Shown here: piece after piece, positions 20,083 through 30,590 of the stretch
How the letters are laid out: each line of letters starts with the position of its first letter
Position numbering within the stretch: position 1 is the first letter of the stretch
Origin: an uncultured Nitrospiraceae bacterium
Lineage (GTDB): Bacteria > Nitrospirota > Thermodesulfovibrionia > Thermodesulfovibrionales > Dissulfurispiraceae
Direction: 5' to 3'
DNA: 64,000 nucleotides
Assembly: GCA_963727805.1 (NCBI GenBank)
Contig: CAVSHF010000005.1
Span: 928,001-992,000, forward strand
Position numbers and translations under genes: made by a program
The notes under the pieces: generated by a model
The model's database searches: none
Told to the model about the DNA's origin: nothing
What the model saw: only the letters and a program-made list of their open reading frames with translations

Positions 20083-22644
20083 ATGAACTTTTCCCGTTTC
20101 CAAAAACCAAGCCGCTATATAGACAGTGAATTCAATGTCCTGAGGAAAGAGTCCCCCCGTGATGCCGTGGATGTTACGGTGGCTCTGTCTTTCCCCGATA
20201 CTTACGAGATCGGAATGTCCCATCTCGGGCTTCGCATTCTCTACGAGATCATCAACAATCTGCCCTTTGCGACTGCCGAGAGGGCCTATGCGCCATGGAC
20301 AGACCTTAGAGACTATATGAAGAAAGATGGGGTTCCTCTTTGTTCCCTTGAGACAAAGAAGCCCCTCTGCGAATTTGATGTCGTCGGCTTCAGCCTGCAA
20401 TATGAGCTTTCCTACACCACCATTCTCGACATGCTCGACCTGGCGGGAATCCCTATAAGGGCTGCTGAGAGGATGCAATCAAAAATAGTGCAGCCTCTCA
20501 TCGTTGCCGGTGGCCCCTCTGCTGTGAATCCCGCGCCGATGGCCTCGTTTATCGATGCTTTTCTGATCGGTGACGGCGAAGAGGCGGTTGTAGAACTCAT
20601 CGAAGCGGTGCGGCAATGGAAGGACGGCGGCGGCAGCAGAGAAGACCGCCTGCGGACAATTTCTCAGATCGAGGGGTTTTATGTTCCTTTCATTCACGGC
20701 CATGCTAGCAAGATAAAACGCAGATTTGTCGACGATCTCAACTCTGCCCCCTTCCCTGAAAGACCGATTGTTCCCTATGCTCAGATCGTTCATGACCGGA
20801 TCAGCATCGAAGTGGCAAGAGGCTGTACGATGGGCTGCAGATTCTGCCAGGCGGGGATGATTTACCGTCCATTGCGCGAGCGGAGCCCCGAAAAGGTACT
20901 CGAAATCGCCGAAAAAACGCTCAAGAATACCGGCTATGACGAGGTTTCCTTTTCGTCTCTGAGCACAGGCGATTACCAGTGTCTTCTGCCGCTCATCAAG
21001 GAATTCAATCTCAGATTTCGTCCCATGAGAACAGCGGTGTCGCTCCCTTCGTTGCGAGTCGCATCGGTGAGCAGGGATGTGCTGAAAGAGATTCGGTCGG
21101 TAAGAAAGACCGGTTTTACGATGGCCCCTGAGGCAGCGACCGAACGGCTTCGCAATGTCATAAACAAGGACTTCACTGACGCCGACTATGAAAGCGCACT
21201 TACAGCCCTCTTCGAAGAAGGGTGGCTCACCCTCAAGCTCTATTTCATGATAGGACTGCCGACGGAGCGTGAAGAGGACATCGAAGCAATCAATGATATG
21301 GCCATGCGGGCACTCAAGATTGCAAAGAGGAACAGCGGGAAGTTCGTTAATATCAATATCACCGTTTCGCCTTTTATCCCTAAACCCCATACTCCTTTTC
21401 AGTGGTACGGGCAGATAAGCCTTGACGAGATGAAACGAAAACTTGGATTTCTGAGACGATCGATCAATTCAAGGAAATTTAAATACAAGGGTCATAACGA
21501 AGAGATGAGCTTCCTCGAAGCAGTCTTTGCGCGTGGTGACGAAACCCTCTCCCCTCTCATTGAGGAAGCTTGGAGATCGGGATGCAGGCTCGACGGTTGG
21601 TCTGAATTCTTCGACTTCAACAAATGGCTGCAGGCTATGGACAGGACCGGTGTCGAAGGCGCTGCCTATGCCGGCAGACAATTCGACAAGGATGATCCTT
21701 TGCCTTGGGATAACATCGATGTAGGGGTCAGCAAGGATTTCCTTTACCGGGAGTATGCAAAAGCTGTCGAGGGAACCATGACGGCGGACTGCAAAAAAAG
21801 CTGCTCGGCCTGTGGCCTTGCATGCAAACAGACTGTTGGTTCAGGGCTTGCCCTGCTCGGGCAGAAATCGGAAGCTGCGGCATCTCTCAACGCGCCGGCT
21901 CAGGAAACCGTTTCACAGTCGGCGCAGCACGTCAGGCCGAAGGTACGGGTCAGGACTGAGTTTTCGAAGACCGGCATGCTCCGCTACCTCTCTCACCTCG
22001 AACTTGTAACAACCATCATGCGAGCATTGAGACGGGCGGGCGTACCCCACGATTTTTCAAAGGGCTTTCATCCCAAGCCTGAGATATCCTTCGGTCCTTC
22101 CCTCAGAGTGGGTGTTGCGGGGACCAGAGAGTATTTCGATATGGAGGTCTTCACGCCCTTTGATGTACAATTATATAGTGCATTATTGAATAGCACATTA
22201 CCCGACGGAATCAAAGTCAACTCAATGCAGGTAATCCCTATGACGGAACCTTCGCTCACCGGCTTTGTCAGCAGGTATGAGTATATCGTTGGATATCTGG
22301 CGTCTCCCGACAGTAACGGGGGCCTAGAAACACGCTTGCCAATTATGCCTGCTCAGGGTGATAAAATCATTGTCAGGCGCGAGGATAAGGAAGTTGACCT
22401 GTCGCCCTGCATCGAATCAGCGGAGAGTATTGAGCTCTCAAAGTCTGAGGCGGGGCTTATGTTCGGACATGATATCAACTGGGCATACCGGCTGATTCTC
22501 AGGGACCGGGACGATATTAAGGTCAGACCCGGCGAAATCACCGAAGCGCTCTTCGGAATAAAAATGGAAGACCTCACGGTCATCAGGACACGCCTGTACG
22601 GGTGGAAAGAAGGATGGCCAGAGGGATGGAAGGAGCCGCTATGA
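20083..22644 (+). CDS. Radical SAM protein (TIGR03960-type) fused to DUF2344-like domain
   Basis: FPDTYEIGMSHLG and RGCTMGCRFC; C-terminal RYLSHLEL...FSKGFHPKP; conserved position before rng. Confidence 0.88.
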   Translation: MNFSRFQKPSRYIDSEFNVLRKESPRDAVDVTVALSFPDTYEIGMSHLGLRILYEIINNLPFATAERAYAPWTDLRDYMKKDGVPLCSLETKKPLCEFDVVGFSLQYELSYTTILDMLDLAGIPIRAAERMQSKIVQPLIVAGGPSAVNPAPMASFIDAFLIGDGEEAVVELIEAVRQWKDGGGSREDRLRTISQIEGFYVPFIHGHASKIKRRFVDDLNSAPFPERPIVPYAQIVHDRISIEVARGCTMGCRFCQAGMIYRPLRERSPEKVLEIAEKTLKNTGYDEVSFSSLSTGDYQCLLPLIKEFNLRFRPMRTAVSLPSLRVASVSRDVLKEIRSVRKTGFTMAPEAATERLRNVINKDFTDADYESALTALFEEGWLTLKLYFMIGLPTEREEDIEAINDMAMRALKIAKRNSGKFVNINITVSPFIPKPHTPFQWYGQISLDEMKRKLGFLRRSINSRKFKYKGHNEEMSFLEAVFARGDETLSPLIEEAWRSGCRLDGWSEFFDFNKWLQAMDRTGVEGAAYAGRQFDKDDPLPWDNIDVGVSKDFLYREYAKAVEGTMTADCKKSCSACGLACKQTVGSGLALLGQKSEAAASLNAPAQETVSQSAQHVRPKVRVRTEFSKTGMLRYLSHLELVTTIMRALRRAGVPHDFSKGFHPKPEISFGPSLRVGVAGTREYFDMEVFTPFDVQLYSALLNSTLPDGIKVNSMQVIPMTEPSLTGFVSRYEYIVGYLASPDSNGGLETRLPIMPAQGDKIIVRREDKEVDLSPCIESAESIELSKSEAGLMFGHDINWAYRLILRDRDDIKVRPGEITEALFGIKMEDLTVIRTRLYGWKEGWPEGWKEPL

Positions 22645-24158
22645 CAAGTGAACTCATCATCAACGTGACGAGAGAAGAGAGCAGGGTCGCTCTGCTTGAA
22701 GGCGGCCAGGTTGTCGAACTCTATATCGAGCGAAAGAAAGACACCAGTCTAGTCGGAAATGTCTACAAAGGCAGAGTCCTTAAAATTCTGCCTGGCATGC
22801 AATCCTCATTTATTGACATCGGCCTCGAAAAAGCTGCGTTTCTTTATGTTTCTGACATCATGCCGAATGACGAAGATTACTACGCGCCATTCATCGAGAG
22901 CAAATCGGATGAGGTACCCAGCGTGGACAATCCCCCGATCGCCACGGAGGCACCGAAACCTCTCCCCATCGAGGAACTGATCCAGGAGGGCCAGGAAATT
23001 CTCGTACAGGTGGCAAAAGATCCGATGGGCACCAAGGGAGCACGGGTCACTTCCTATGTTACGCTGCCTGGACGTTACTGCGTCCTTATGCCGAACGTGG
23101 AACATGTCGGCATATCCCGGAGGATTGAGAACGAACAGACGCGAGAACAGCTCAAATCAATCGCAAATGAAATGAAACCGAAAGGTTTTGGCATCATAAT
23201 GAGAACGGCGAGTGAGGATGCCTCTGCTGAAGAGATCAGGCGCGATCTCGAATTCCTGCTACTCGTCTGGGAAAATATCCAGAGGAAAAAAGATAAGGTT
23301 TCAGCCCCAGTGCTCCTTTACAGCGACCTCGACTTGGTTTTCAGGAGCATCAGGGATTTTATGAGTCATGAGGTGGAAAGGCTCGTCATCGACTCTCCGG
23401 ACGAGTTTGAACGGCTCAGCGAGTTCGTAAAGAATTACTTCGAAAGACTACTCGAAAGGATTGAGCTTTACGAAGGCAGGGAGCCGATCTTTGATGCTTT
23501 CGCAATCGAACACGATGTCTCGAGGGCCCTCGAGAGAAAGGTCTGGCTAAAGTCGGGAGGGTATATCATCATCGACCAAACCGAAGCGATGACTGTCATT
23601 GATGTAAACACCGGCAAGTTCGTCGGCAAGGAAAACCTCGAGGACACCATACTTAAGACTAACCTCGAAGCAGTCAAAGAGACCGCTTATCAGATACGGC
23701 TCAGAAACCTTGGCGGCATCATTATCATGGACTTCATCGACATGGAAAAGATGGAGAACAGAGAGAAGGTGTGCAATGCCCTGGTCGAGGCGATGAAAAA
23801 AGATCGAGCCAAAAGTACCATTTACAACATATCGGAACTTGGCATCATTCAGATGACACGCAAACGCGTGAGAGAAAGTCTCGGTCGGGTCCTCTGCGGG
23901 CAATGTCCCTATTGCGAGGGCAAGGGCTTCGTAAAATCCGCTCGAACCGTGGCTTACGAGATATTCAGAAAGCTCAGAAAAATGAACCTACCAAGCGGGA
24001 AGATGGCAGTAATAACAGCGAATTCAGCCGTGGCTGAACTCCTTTCGGACGAAGAACGGTATGGTATCGAGGAGATAGAGAACACCTTCGGTATAAAGCT
24101 TATTGTAAAAGAAGACTTCAGGCTGCATCAGGAGCATTACGAGATTATAGTACTGTGA
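22641..24158 (+). CDS. rng: Ribonuclease E/G family
   Basis: GNVYKGRV S1 domain, IDVNTGKF, RLRNLGGIIIMDFIDM and CPYCEG motifs. Confidence 0.93.
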   Translation: MTSELIINVTREESRVALLEGGQVVELYIERKKDTSLVGNVYKGRVLKILPGMQSSFIDIGLEKAAFLYVSDIMPNDEDYYAPFIESKSDEVPSVDNPPIATEAPKPLPIEELIQEGQEILVQVAKDPMGTKGARVTSYVTLPGRYCVLMPNVEHVGISRRIENEQTREQLKSIANEMKPKGFGIIMRTASEDASAEEIRRDLEFLLLVWENIQRKKDKVSAPVLLYSDLDLVFRSIRDFMSHEVERLVIDSPDEFERLSEFVKNYFERLLERIELYEGREPIFDAFAIEHDVSRALERKVWLKSGGYIIIDQTEAMTVIDVNTGKFVGKENLEDTILKTNLEAVKETAYQIRLRNLGGIIIMDFIDMEKMENREKVCNALVEAMKKDRAKSTIYNISELGIIQMTRKRVRESLGRVLCGQCPYCEGKGFVKSARTVAYEIFRKLRKMNLPSGKMAVITANSAVAELLSDEERYGIEEIENTFGIKLIVKEDFRLHQEHYEIIVL

Positions 24159-24415
24159 TAGGATTCTTATCCCATGGTATCTTTATTAATCTGAGTCCGA
24201 CACCTAATGACAATGGCGCCGGGGATGACTCTCTTCCGCTCAAATGCTCTCTTTTAACAGTTCTAAGCTCATTACGCTGCAGCCGCAAAGCTCTCCTGTA
24301 CAGGGCCTAGATAGTTGCGGCTGTTTAACACTCTATTTCAGTAAGGACGGTTGGCAAAGGCGGAGCAATTCGCTCCAGAGCGTCATCCGGCTGGCCGACA
24401 ACGCAGTAAGAAGAT

Positions 24416-25207
24416 ATGAACAATAAATACGAAAAACTACTCGTTCTTTTGAGCGACATGCAATCAGTCGTGCTTGCTTTTTCGGGAGGGGTGGACAGCA
24501 CCTTTCTGCTCAAGGCGCTGAAAGACTCGGGCGCTCGGACCATAGCCGTAATCGCCTCTTCCGAAACCATGCCGGAAACCGAATTGAAACATGCCGAGAA
24601 CATGGCCGCGTCAATCTGCGTTCCTTACCGGATAATAAGGACTTCTGAGCTGGATAATCCTGACTTTGCCCGGAATCCGGTGAATCGCTGCTTTTACTGC
24701 AAAGATGAACTCTTCATGAAACTGTACAGGATAGCCGATGCAGAAGGCTACGCAGCAGTCGTTGACGGAAGCAATGCAGATGATCTCTCCGACTGGAGGC
24801 CAGGCAGGGAAGCAGCCGTAAGGCATGGAGTGCGAAGCCCCCTCATTGAAGCAAGTTTTTCGAAAGATGAAATTAGATCTCTCTCCAAGAGCATGGGATT
24901 GCCTACATGGTCGAAGCCTTCGTCGCCCTGTCTTTCATCTCGCTTCCCCTATGGTATTGCGATCACAAGGGAAGGACTCCGGAGGGTCGAAGAGGCCGAG
25001 GCATTTTTAAAAAGCCTGGGCTTAACTGAATTGAGGGTGCGGAGCCATCATGGAGACCTCGCGAGGATAGAAGTAAAGGCCGCCGAAATTGATTCTCTCT
25101 TGCATACCGGTCTGAGGACAAAAATCGCCAATCGCTTCAGAGAACTTGGATTCAAGCATATCACCATCGACATTGAAGGCTTCAGAAGCGGGAATCTCAA
25201 TGGCTAG
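24416..25207 (+). CDS. larE: LarE-like ATP-dependent sulfur transferase
   Basis: AFSGGVDS PP-loop, RCFYCK, DWRPG, PCLSSRFPYG and GFRSG motifs. Confidence 0.9.
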   Translation: MNNKYEKLLVLLSDMQSVVLAFSGGVDSTFLLKALKDSGARTIAVIASSETMPETELKHAENMAASICVPYRIIRTSELDNPDFARNPVNRCFYCKDELFMKLYRIADAEGYAAVVDGSNADDLSDWRPGREAAVRHGVRSPLIEASFSKDEIRSLSKSMGLPTWSKPSSPCLSSRFPYGIAITREGLRRVEEAEAFLKSLGLTELRVRSHHGDLARIEVKAAEIDSLLHTGLRTKIANRFRELGFKHITIDIEGFRSGNLNG

Positions 25208-26384
25208 AGATTCCAATCTCAACCTTTGCGTGCGGTGCGGAAACTGCAAGGCCCTCTGTCCGACCCACATTGAATTCAGGAGTGAAGGAATGAGCGCCCG
25301 CGGCCGCGTCGTGCTCCTGAAAAAACTCCTTACGGGAGAGATCGAAACATCTGACACCCTTGACCAAAGAATCTTCAGCTGCCTGCTCTGCGGCTCTTGC
25401 AACAGCCTCTGTCCCCTGGACATATCAGTTACCGATGCCGTTTACGAGGGCCGGAGAAAGCTGGCAGGCCGAAAGAAACGCTGGCTCTTCAGGGCGATTA
25501 TGAAATATGTCTTTACGGATCCTGAGAGGACACTACGGATGCTTCAGTTTCTTGAAAACGCGGGACTGCTGTCGCCGTTAAGCCGAATGAGGCCCTTCAA
25601 GGCCTTGCGCGAGCTTCGTATCAGGATTCCCAGGACACGTCTCAGAAACGAAGCCACGATCTTTAAAGTCTCTAATCCAAAAGGGAGGATCGCCCTCTTT
25701 GCCGGCTGCACGGTCGACTTCCTCTATCCTGCCATGGGCTTGTCGCTTATATACACGCTTAACGCCCTCGATTATGAGGTGGTAATGCCGAAAGGAGAAG
25801 TCTGCTGCGGCGCTCCACTGCTTGCCATGGGGCTCAGGGATGAGGCCGCTGCCCTCGCAGACAAGAACCTTAATGCATTTAAGAATCTTCAGGCCGAGGC
25901 CGTAATAAGCCTTTGTCCGACCTGCACGCACTTCATCAAAACCGAATACCCGAAGATCATCGGTGACGGCATCTGTAATGCCATGGATATATCACAGTTT
26001 CTTGGCGATAAGCCTCTCGATTCAATCCTTATGCCGCCTGAGAATCATAGTGGTACGATCACTTACCACGATCCCTGCCATTCAATCAATTATCTGGGCG
26101 TAAAAGAAGGACCTCGTAAGATTTTAAAGAACATGGGATTCGGGATCGTGGAACCGGCGGAAAGGGGTTGCTGCGGACTTGGCGGTACTGTTAGACTATT
26201 GCACGACGATGTCTCCATGGCTATCCTCGCAAATAGGGTAAAGGCCCTCGAAGGAACAGAAACACCGGAGATGATAGTCACATCCTGTCCCAACTGTGTC
26301 CTGCAACTCGAAAGCATGATCACAGACAGACCGGTAAAACACATAATAGAAATCATCGCCGCAAATATAAAAAGGAGAGCATAA
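25200..26384 (+). CDS. Fe-S oxidoreductase with CCG domains (GlcF/HdrD-like)
   Basis: CVRCGNCKALCP, CLLCGSCNSLCP, CCG motifs and YHDPCH. Confidence 0.85.
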   Translation: MARDSNLNLCVRCGNCKALCPTHIEFRSEGMSARGRVVLLKKLLTGEIETSDTLDQRIFSCLLCGSCNSLCPLDISVTDAVYEGRRKLAGRKKRWLFRAIMKYVFTDPERTLRMLQFLENAGLLSPLSRMRPFKALRELRIRIPRTRLRNEATIFKVSNPKGRIALFAGCTVDFLYPAMGLSLIYTLNALDYEVVMPKGEVCCGAPLLAMGLRDEAAALADKNLNAFKNLQAEAVISLCPTCTHFIKTEYPKIIGDGICNAMDISQFLGDKPLDSILMPPENHSGTITYHDPCHSINYLGVKEGPRKILKNMGFGIVEPAERGCCGLGGTVRLLHDDVSMAILANRVKALEGTETPEMIVTSCPNCVLQLESMITDRPVKHIIEIIAANIKRRA

Positions 26385-26386
26385 TA

Positions 26387-27136
26387 TTGGACAACAGCAA
26401 GACTGACAAATTCGAAATCGTCACCCCTCAAGGATATGAAGAGGGCGACAAGCCCAAAAAGATGAAATTCGTCAAGAAGACCTCCTGCGACCGGTGTGGT
26501 AGCTGCTGTACCGCCAGCACGCCTTCTCTCTTGAAGCAGGACCTGGACCTTTTTCGATCGAGCATCCTCTCGTTTGACAACACTTATACAATCCGGGAAG
26601 GCGAACTATTCGTCGTGCCCGGTGAGGAAGACCCCTATCGGTCGGCAATGGAACTCATCAAGGTCAGGTCGAAGGAAGGCACCACGGAATGTATTTTTTA
26701 TCATGAGGATGAGGGGTGCACGATCTATGACCGCAGGCCATCCCAGTGCGAAACCTTTGCGTGTTGGGAAATGCGGGAAGCGTTGACCGGACTCGAAGCG
26801 GATGCACTTCGGCGGGAAGACCTCTTCGGTGATATCGAATTGATTGCCGATATAATCGACCGTCATGAAGACCGCTGTTCTTACGAAAAACTGGCCCTCG
26901 CCGTGGAAAAAGCAACTGGGGGCGATGAAGCTGCAGCCGAGGAGATCGTTGATAGACTTCAGTATGATATGTTCATCCGGTCTTATGTCACTGAAAAATT
27001 CAACATGCCAGAAAGCTCCCTCGATCTTGTTTTTGGAAAGCCGATGACCGAAAAGATCAAAGAATTCGGGGTGAAGGTCGAAAAAGAGGGGGACGAATTC
27101 ATATTACTGCCAATAAATCATAAGGAGGGAGAATGA
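26387..27136 (+). CDS. YkgJ family Cys-cluster protein
   Basis: CDRCGSCC...CIFY...[11 protein letters not shown]. Confidence 0.8.
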   Translation: MDNSKTDKFEIVTPQGYEEGDKPKKMKFVKKTSCDRCGSCCTASTPSLLKQDLDLFRSSILSFDNTYTIREGELFVVPGEEDPYRSAMELIKVRSKEGTTECIFYHEDEGCTIYDRRPSQCETFACWEMREALTGLEADALRREDLFGDIELIADIIDRHEDRCSYEKLALAVEKATGGDEAAAEEIVDRLQYDMFIRSYVTEKFNMPESSLDLVFGKPMTEKIKEFGVKVEKEGDEFILLPINHKEGE

Positions 27137-27783
27137 AATTTTTTATTGACACAGCTAATATCGAGGAGATCAAAAAGGCCTGGGAGCTGGGGGTTATCGA
27201 TGGTGTGACGACAAACCCTTCACTGATCTCGAAGGAAAAAAAAGACCCTATCGCTCTTTTTAGGGAAATCTGTGCAATAGTTGACGGGCCCATCAGTGCT
27301 GAAGTGCTAGCTACTAAAACGGAAGATATGGTCAAAGAGGCTGAACAGCTTGCAAAGATCCATGAGAACATCGTTGTCAAGATCCCGATGATCGAGGACG
27401 GGCTCAGGGCTGTTAGGAGGCTCACCGCTGCGGGGATCAGGACCAATGTAACCCTGATCTTTTCGTCGACTCAGGCGCTTTTGGCTGCTAAAGCAGGCGC
27501 GACTTATGTGAGCCCGTTTGTCGGAAGGCTTGATGATATTAGCCACACAGGGATGGACGTCGTCGCGGATATCCAGACTATTTATGAGAATTATGTGTTC
27601 GATACACAGGTAATCGTAGCCAGCATCAGAAATCCCCTTCATGTGGTTGAAGCGGCCCGCATAGGTGCAGATATCGCCACAATACCATACAGTGTGATCG
27701 GCCAGCTCATCAAGCATCCGCTCACAGACATCGGGCTCGCAAAATTCCTGAAAGACTGGGAAAAGGTCAAAGCAGCAAAATAA
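27133..27783 (+). CDS. tal: Transaldolase / fructose-6-phosphate aldolase family
   Basis: [29 protein letters not shown] and [11 protein letters not shown] motifs. Confidence 0.93.
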   Translation: MKFFIDTANIEEIKKAWELGVIDGVTTNPSLISKEKKDPIALFREICAIVDGPISAEVLATKTEDMVKEAEQLAKIHENIVVKIPMIEDGLRAVRRLTAAGIRTNVTLIFSSTQALLAAKAGATYVSPFVGRLDDISHTGMDVVADIQTIYENYVFDTQVIVASIRNPLHVVEAARIGADIATIPYSVIGQLIKHPLTDIGLAKFLKDWEKVKAAK

Positions 27784-27967
27784 GCTGACTGTAATCATAC
27801 ATAAGGCAGTCCGACTTTCAACAAAGGATATCAGTACTTGGGTACTAGTTTGAGTTTTGACCAAGATAGACCTACTATTTCTTTTGAGTTAATCCCGAAC
27901 CGGATAACTCAGGCTATTTTACTTCAATCCGGCATGCCTTATGCGGTAATAGACAACAAGAGAGGGC

Positions 27968-28198
27968 ATTATTAAAGACGAAGCCTGGACGGTAATTTAC
28001 GTAACCTACGACTCCCTTGAGGCCGAGATGATCAAAGACCTTCTTGAAAGCGGTGAAATCCCTGTTGTCCTCAGATCATCAAAGGTGAGTCCCTACCCCG
28101 TCAACGTCGGCAAGATCGGAGAGATCAAAATTCTTGTGAACGACAACGACAAAGAGATAGCAGAAAAACTGATCAAGGAAGAAATCGATAACGATTAA
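27968..28198 (+). CDS. Small DUF2007-like protein (not in ORF track; start probably non-canonical)
   Basis: Translation IIKDEAWTVIYVTYDSLEAEMIKDLLESGEIPVVLR...GEIKILVNDNDKEIAEKLI. In-frame TAG at 27950 upstream; purine-rich SD-like AGAGGG precedes ATT ATT. Confidence 0.6.
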   Translation: MIKDEAWTVIYVTYDSLEAEMIKDLLESGEIPVVLRSSKVSPYPVNVGKIGEIKILVNDNDKEIAEKLIKEEIDND

Positions 28199-28371
28199 CT
28201 TAATATACTGTTGATTGCTGGAACAAATCACTTGGTAACCGTGCACTAAATATTTTTTGCGGCGCTCGTACAAGCGGAATTTACGTAATGTGTCGTTGTG
28301 AAATTTCCCCCAATTCACTCAGCCATTACTTTCAGTTCACATGGAATTTAAAGACCCCAGTTTATTCATCC

Positions 28372-29151
28372 TTAATTCGTTGTCCTTATATTATTAATGG
28401 CTTCAGATCGATTTCCGCCTTTTCTCTTTGCTTTATACATGGCATCATCTACCCTCTTCAGAAGGGAATCTTCCGTATCGCTATCAAGAGCCTCTACCAC
28501 ACCTAAACTTATTGTTAATTGCCCGACTTGATCGAATATATGCCCTTCTACCATTTTTCTTATTTTCTCTGCCACTATGTATGCTTCATCCATTTTGCTA
28601 TCCGAACAAATTATGAGGAATTCCTCACCACCCCATCTCACAAAGTAATCTAATGTCCTTATATTCTCTCTTACAAAATCAGCTATCGTTCTCAAAACAT
28701 AATCACCACCATTATGACCGTAGCTATCATTCACCTCTTTGAAGTGGTCAATATCAAACATTAGCATGGAGAATGGCCGACGATATCTTCTGATTCTTTC
28801 TATTTCCCTTTCTATTATTTCATCAAATTTCATTCTGTTATAAGCTCCCGTCAATTTATCTATAGTTGCCAGTTTCTCTAATTCTCTATTTTTAACATTG
28901 ACAATCTCTCTATATTCGATCAATTGTTTATGAATAATTGCGAAAGTATCTCTGATAGTTGCATTCTTGAAGTTGGCTAGAAAAACTCCACAGGAAAGAC
29001 ATATCTCTATCTTCTCTAAGAACGTTCCCTGAAGCTCCCCTCGACAATAGGTTCCTGAAAACAGCCAGCATCTGAGATCTTGAGACATAAAAGCAGGACA
29101 TGAGTTATTTTGACATTTAAAAAGTTCCCAGCATTTAGGCTTTATTTTCAA
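28372..29151 (-). CDS. Diguanylate cyclase with Cys-rich N-terminal domain
   Basis: DKLTGAYNR, DIDHFKEVNDSYGH and RWGGEEF; N-terminal CW...C...CP...CW...C...C..C. Confidence 0.88.
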   Translation of the reverse strand: MKIKPKCWELFKCQNNSCPAFMSQDLRCWLFSGTYCRGELQGTFLEKIEICLSCGVFLANFKNATIRDTFAIIHKQLIEYREIVNVKNRELEKLATIDKLTGAYNRMKFDEIIEREIERIRRYRRPFSMLMFDIDHFKEVNDSYGHNGGDYVLRTIADFVRENIRTLDYFVRWGGEEFLIICSDSKMDEAYIVAEKIRKMVEGHIFDQVGQLTISLGVVEALDSDTEDSLLKRVDDAMYKAKRKGGNRSEAINNIRTTN

Positions 29152-29315
29152 TTTCTCTCCTAACCCAGAAACTTGTCCTCAAGATGCGTGGAAACGGTAA
29201 TGGGGATAACTCTTCTCTCTATCACTTCATCGTCCTCTTCTAATATCTACCCCACAACTTTATTGCCGCATGAATCTTGTATCATTTACTGCTGGCGCAA
29301 ACTCTGCACACCTGG

Positions 29316-30542
29316 CTACTTCTTGATGCCGCCCATCCTGCCGCCTCTCGGGATGATCCCGATTCCGGAAGACTGGTCGATGTGACAACGGAAGCGGTCC
29401 TTATCGGGATCGAATCCGATCTGCTCGCATTCGCTGACCACATTATATTTATCAACGATGACCTTACGAAGCTTGCACCCTTTATTAATAGTGACCCGAT
29501 CCATGATGATGCATTCTTCGATTGAGACACCATCCTCGATCGTTACTCCGCTCTGTATGATAGAATCCCGGATCTTTGCCTTCCTGATTATCGACCCTTC
29601 GGCGATAAGGCTATTCTTGATCTGGCTATCGATTATTTTAGTCGAAGGCCCTTCGTACCCCGATGGATGAATAGGCCAAAGAGTGTTATGAGTATCAAAG
29701 GGCGGCGACGCGCTCAGTAAATCCATGTGAGCGTCGAAATAGGCGGCTATTGTCCCTACATCCCGCCAGTACCCTTTTTCTTCGTATGGCTTTGTGCCCG
29801 GAATGATATTGGTTGCAAAGTCATAAGCAAAAACCTTCCCGGTATCAACAAGGTTTGGAATGATATGGGCACCGAAGTCGTGCTCCTTTTTCTTCTGGGC
29901 CTTTACCAAGGCATCGATGAGAACATCAGTCCTGAATACATAATTCCCCATCGATACAAATGACCGCAAAGGATCATCCGGCATCGCTGCAGGCTTTTTA
30001 GGTTTCTCCTGAAATCCAGTAATCCTCTTGTCCGCATCGGTTGCAATAACTCCGAACGCTGAAGCCTGCTCAATCGGCACGGGACGCGCAGCGACGGTGA
30101 CATAGGCGTCGTTTTTCAGATGGAAATCGATCATCTGCCGGATATCCATTCGATAAATGTGGTCAGCGCCGAAAATAACGACGAGGTCGGCGTTGTGGTC
30201 CTTTATGAGGCTTATATTTTGATACACGGCATCGGAAGTGCCCTGGAACCACTCGGGCCCCATTCTCATTTGTGGAGGAACAACAGCAACAAAATGATCC
30301 TTAACGATGGAGGAGAAATTCCAGTGCTGCCTCACATGCTCAATAAGCGACTGTGATTTATACTGAACGAGAAGATAGATGGAATAAACATGGGAATTTA
30401 GGAAATTGCTGAGGACAAAGTCCACAATCCGGTATCTGCCGCCGAACGGCACCGATGGCTTTGAACGGAAGACCGTCAGGGGGAAAAGTCTTTCCCCTTT
30501 TCCGCCGGCAAGAATGAACGCGAGAACCTTTGGATGTGCCAT
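29316..30542 (-). CDS. glgC: Glucose-1-phosphate adenylyltransferase
   Basis: ILAGGKGERLFPLT, KPSVPFGGRYR, ADHIYRMD, SMGNYVF and YWRDVGT motifs. Confidence 0.95.
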   Translation of the reverse strand: MAHPKVLAFILAGGKGERLFPLTVFRSKPSVPFGGRYRIVDFVLSNFLNSHVYSIYLLVQYKSQSLIEHVRQHWNFSSIVKDHFVAVVPPQMRMGPEWFQGTSDAVYQNISLIKDHNADLVVIFGADHIYRMDIRQMIDFHLKNDAYVTVAARPVPIEQASAFGVIATDADKRITGFQEKPKKPAAMPDDPLRSFVSMGNYVFRTDVLIDALVKAQKKKEHDFGAHIIPNLVDTGKVFAYDFATNIIPGTKPYEEKGYWRDVGTIAAYFDAHMDLLSASPPFDTHNTLWPIHPSGYEGPSTKIIDSQIKNSLIAEGSIIRKAKIRDSIIQSGVTIEDGVSIEECIIMDRVTINKGCKLRKVIVDKYNVVSECEQIGFDPDKDRFRCHIDQSSGIGIIPRGGRMGGIKK

Positions 30543-30590
30543 ATATGCCCCCTCAACCGATTTGATTGCATCAATGCGGTTATTATTATA

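Noticed and set aside
20479..21390. Long antisense ORFs (e.g. 20479-21390, 14773-15459, 35921-36640, 3028-3681)
   Set aside because: They are shadow frames opposite well-supported genes and have no motifs of their own.
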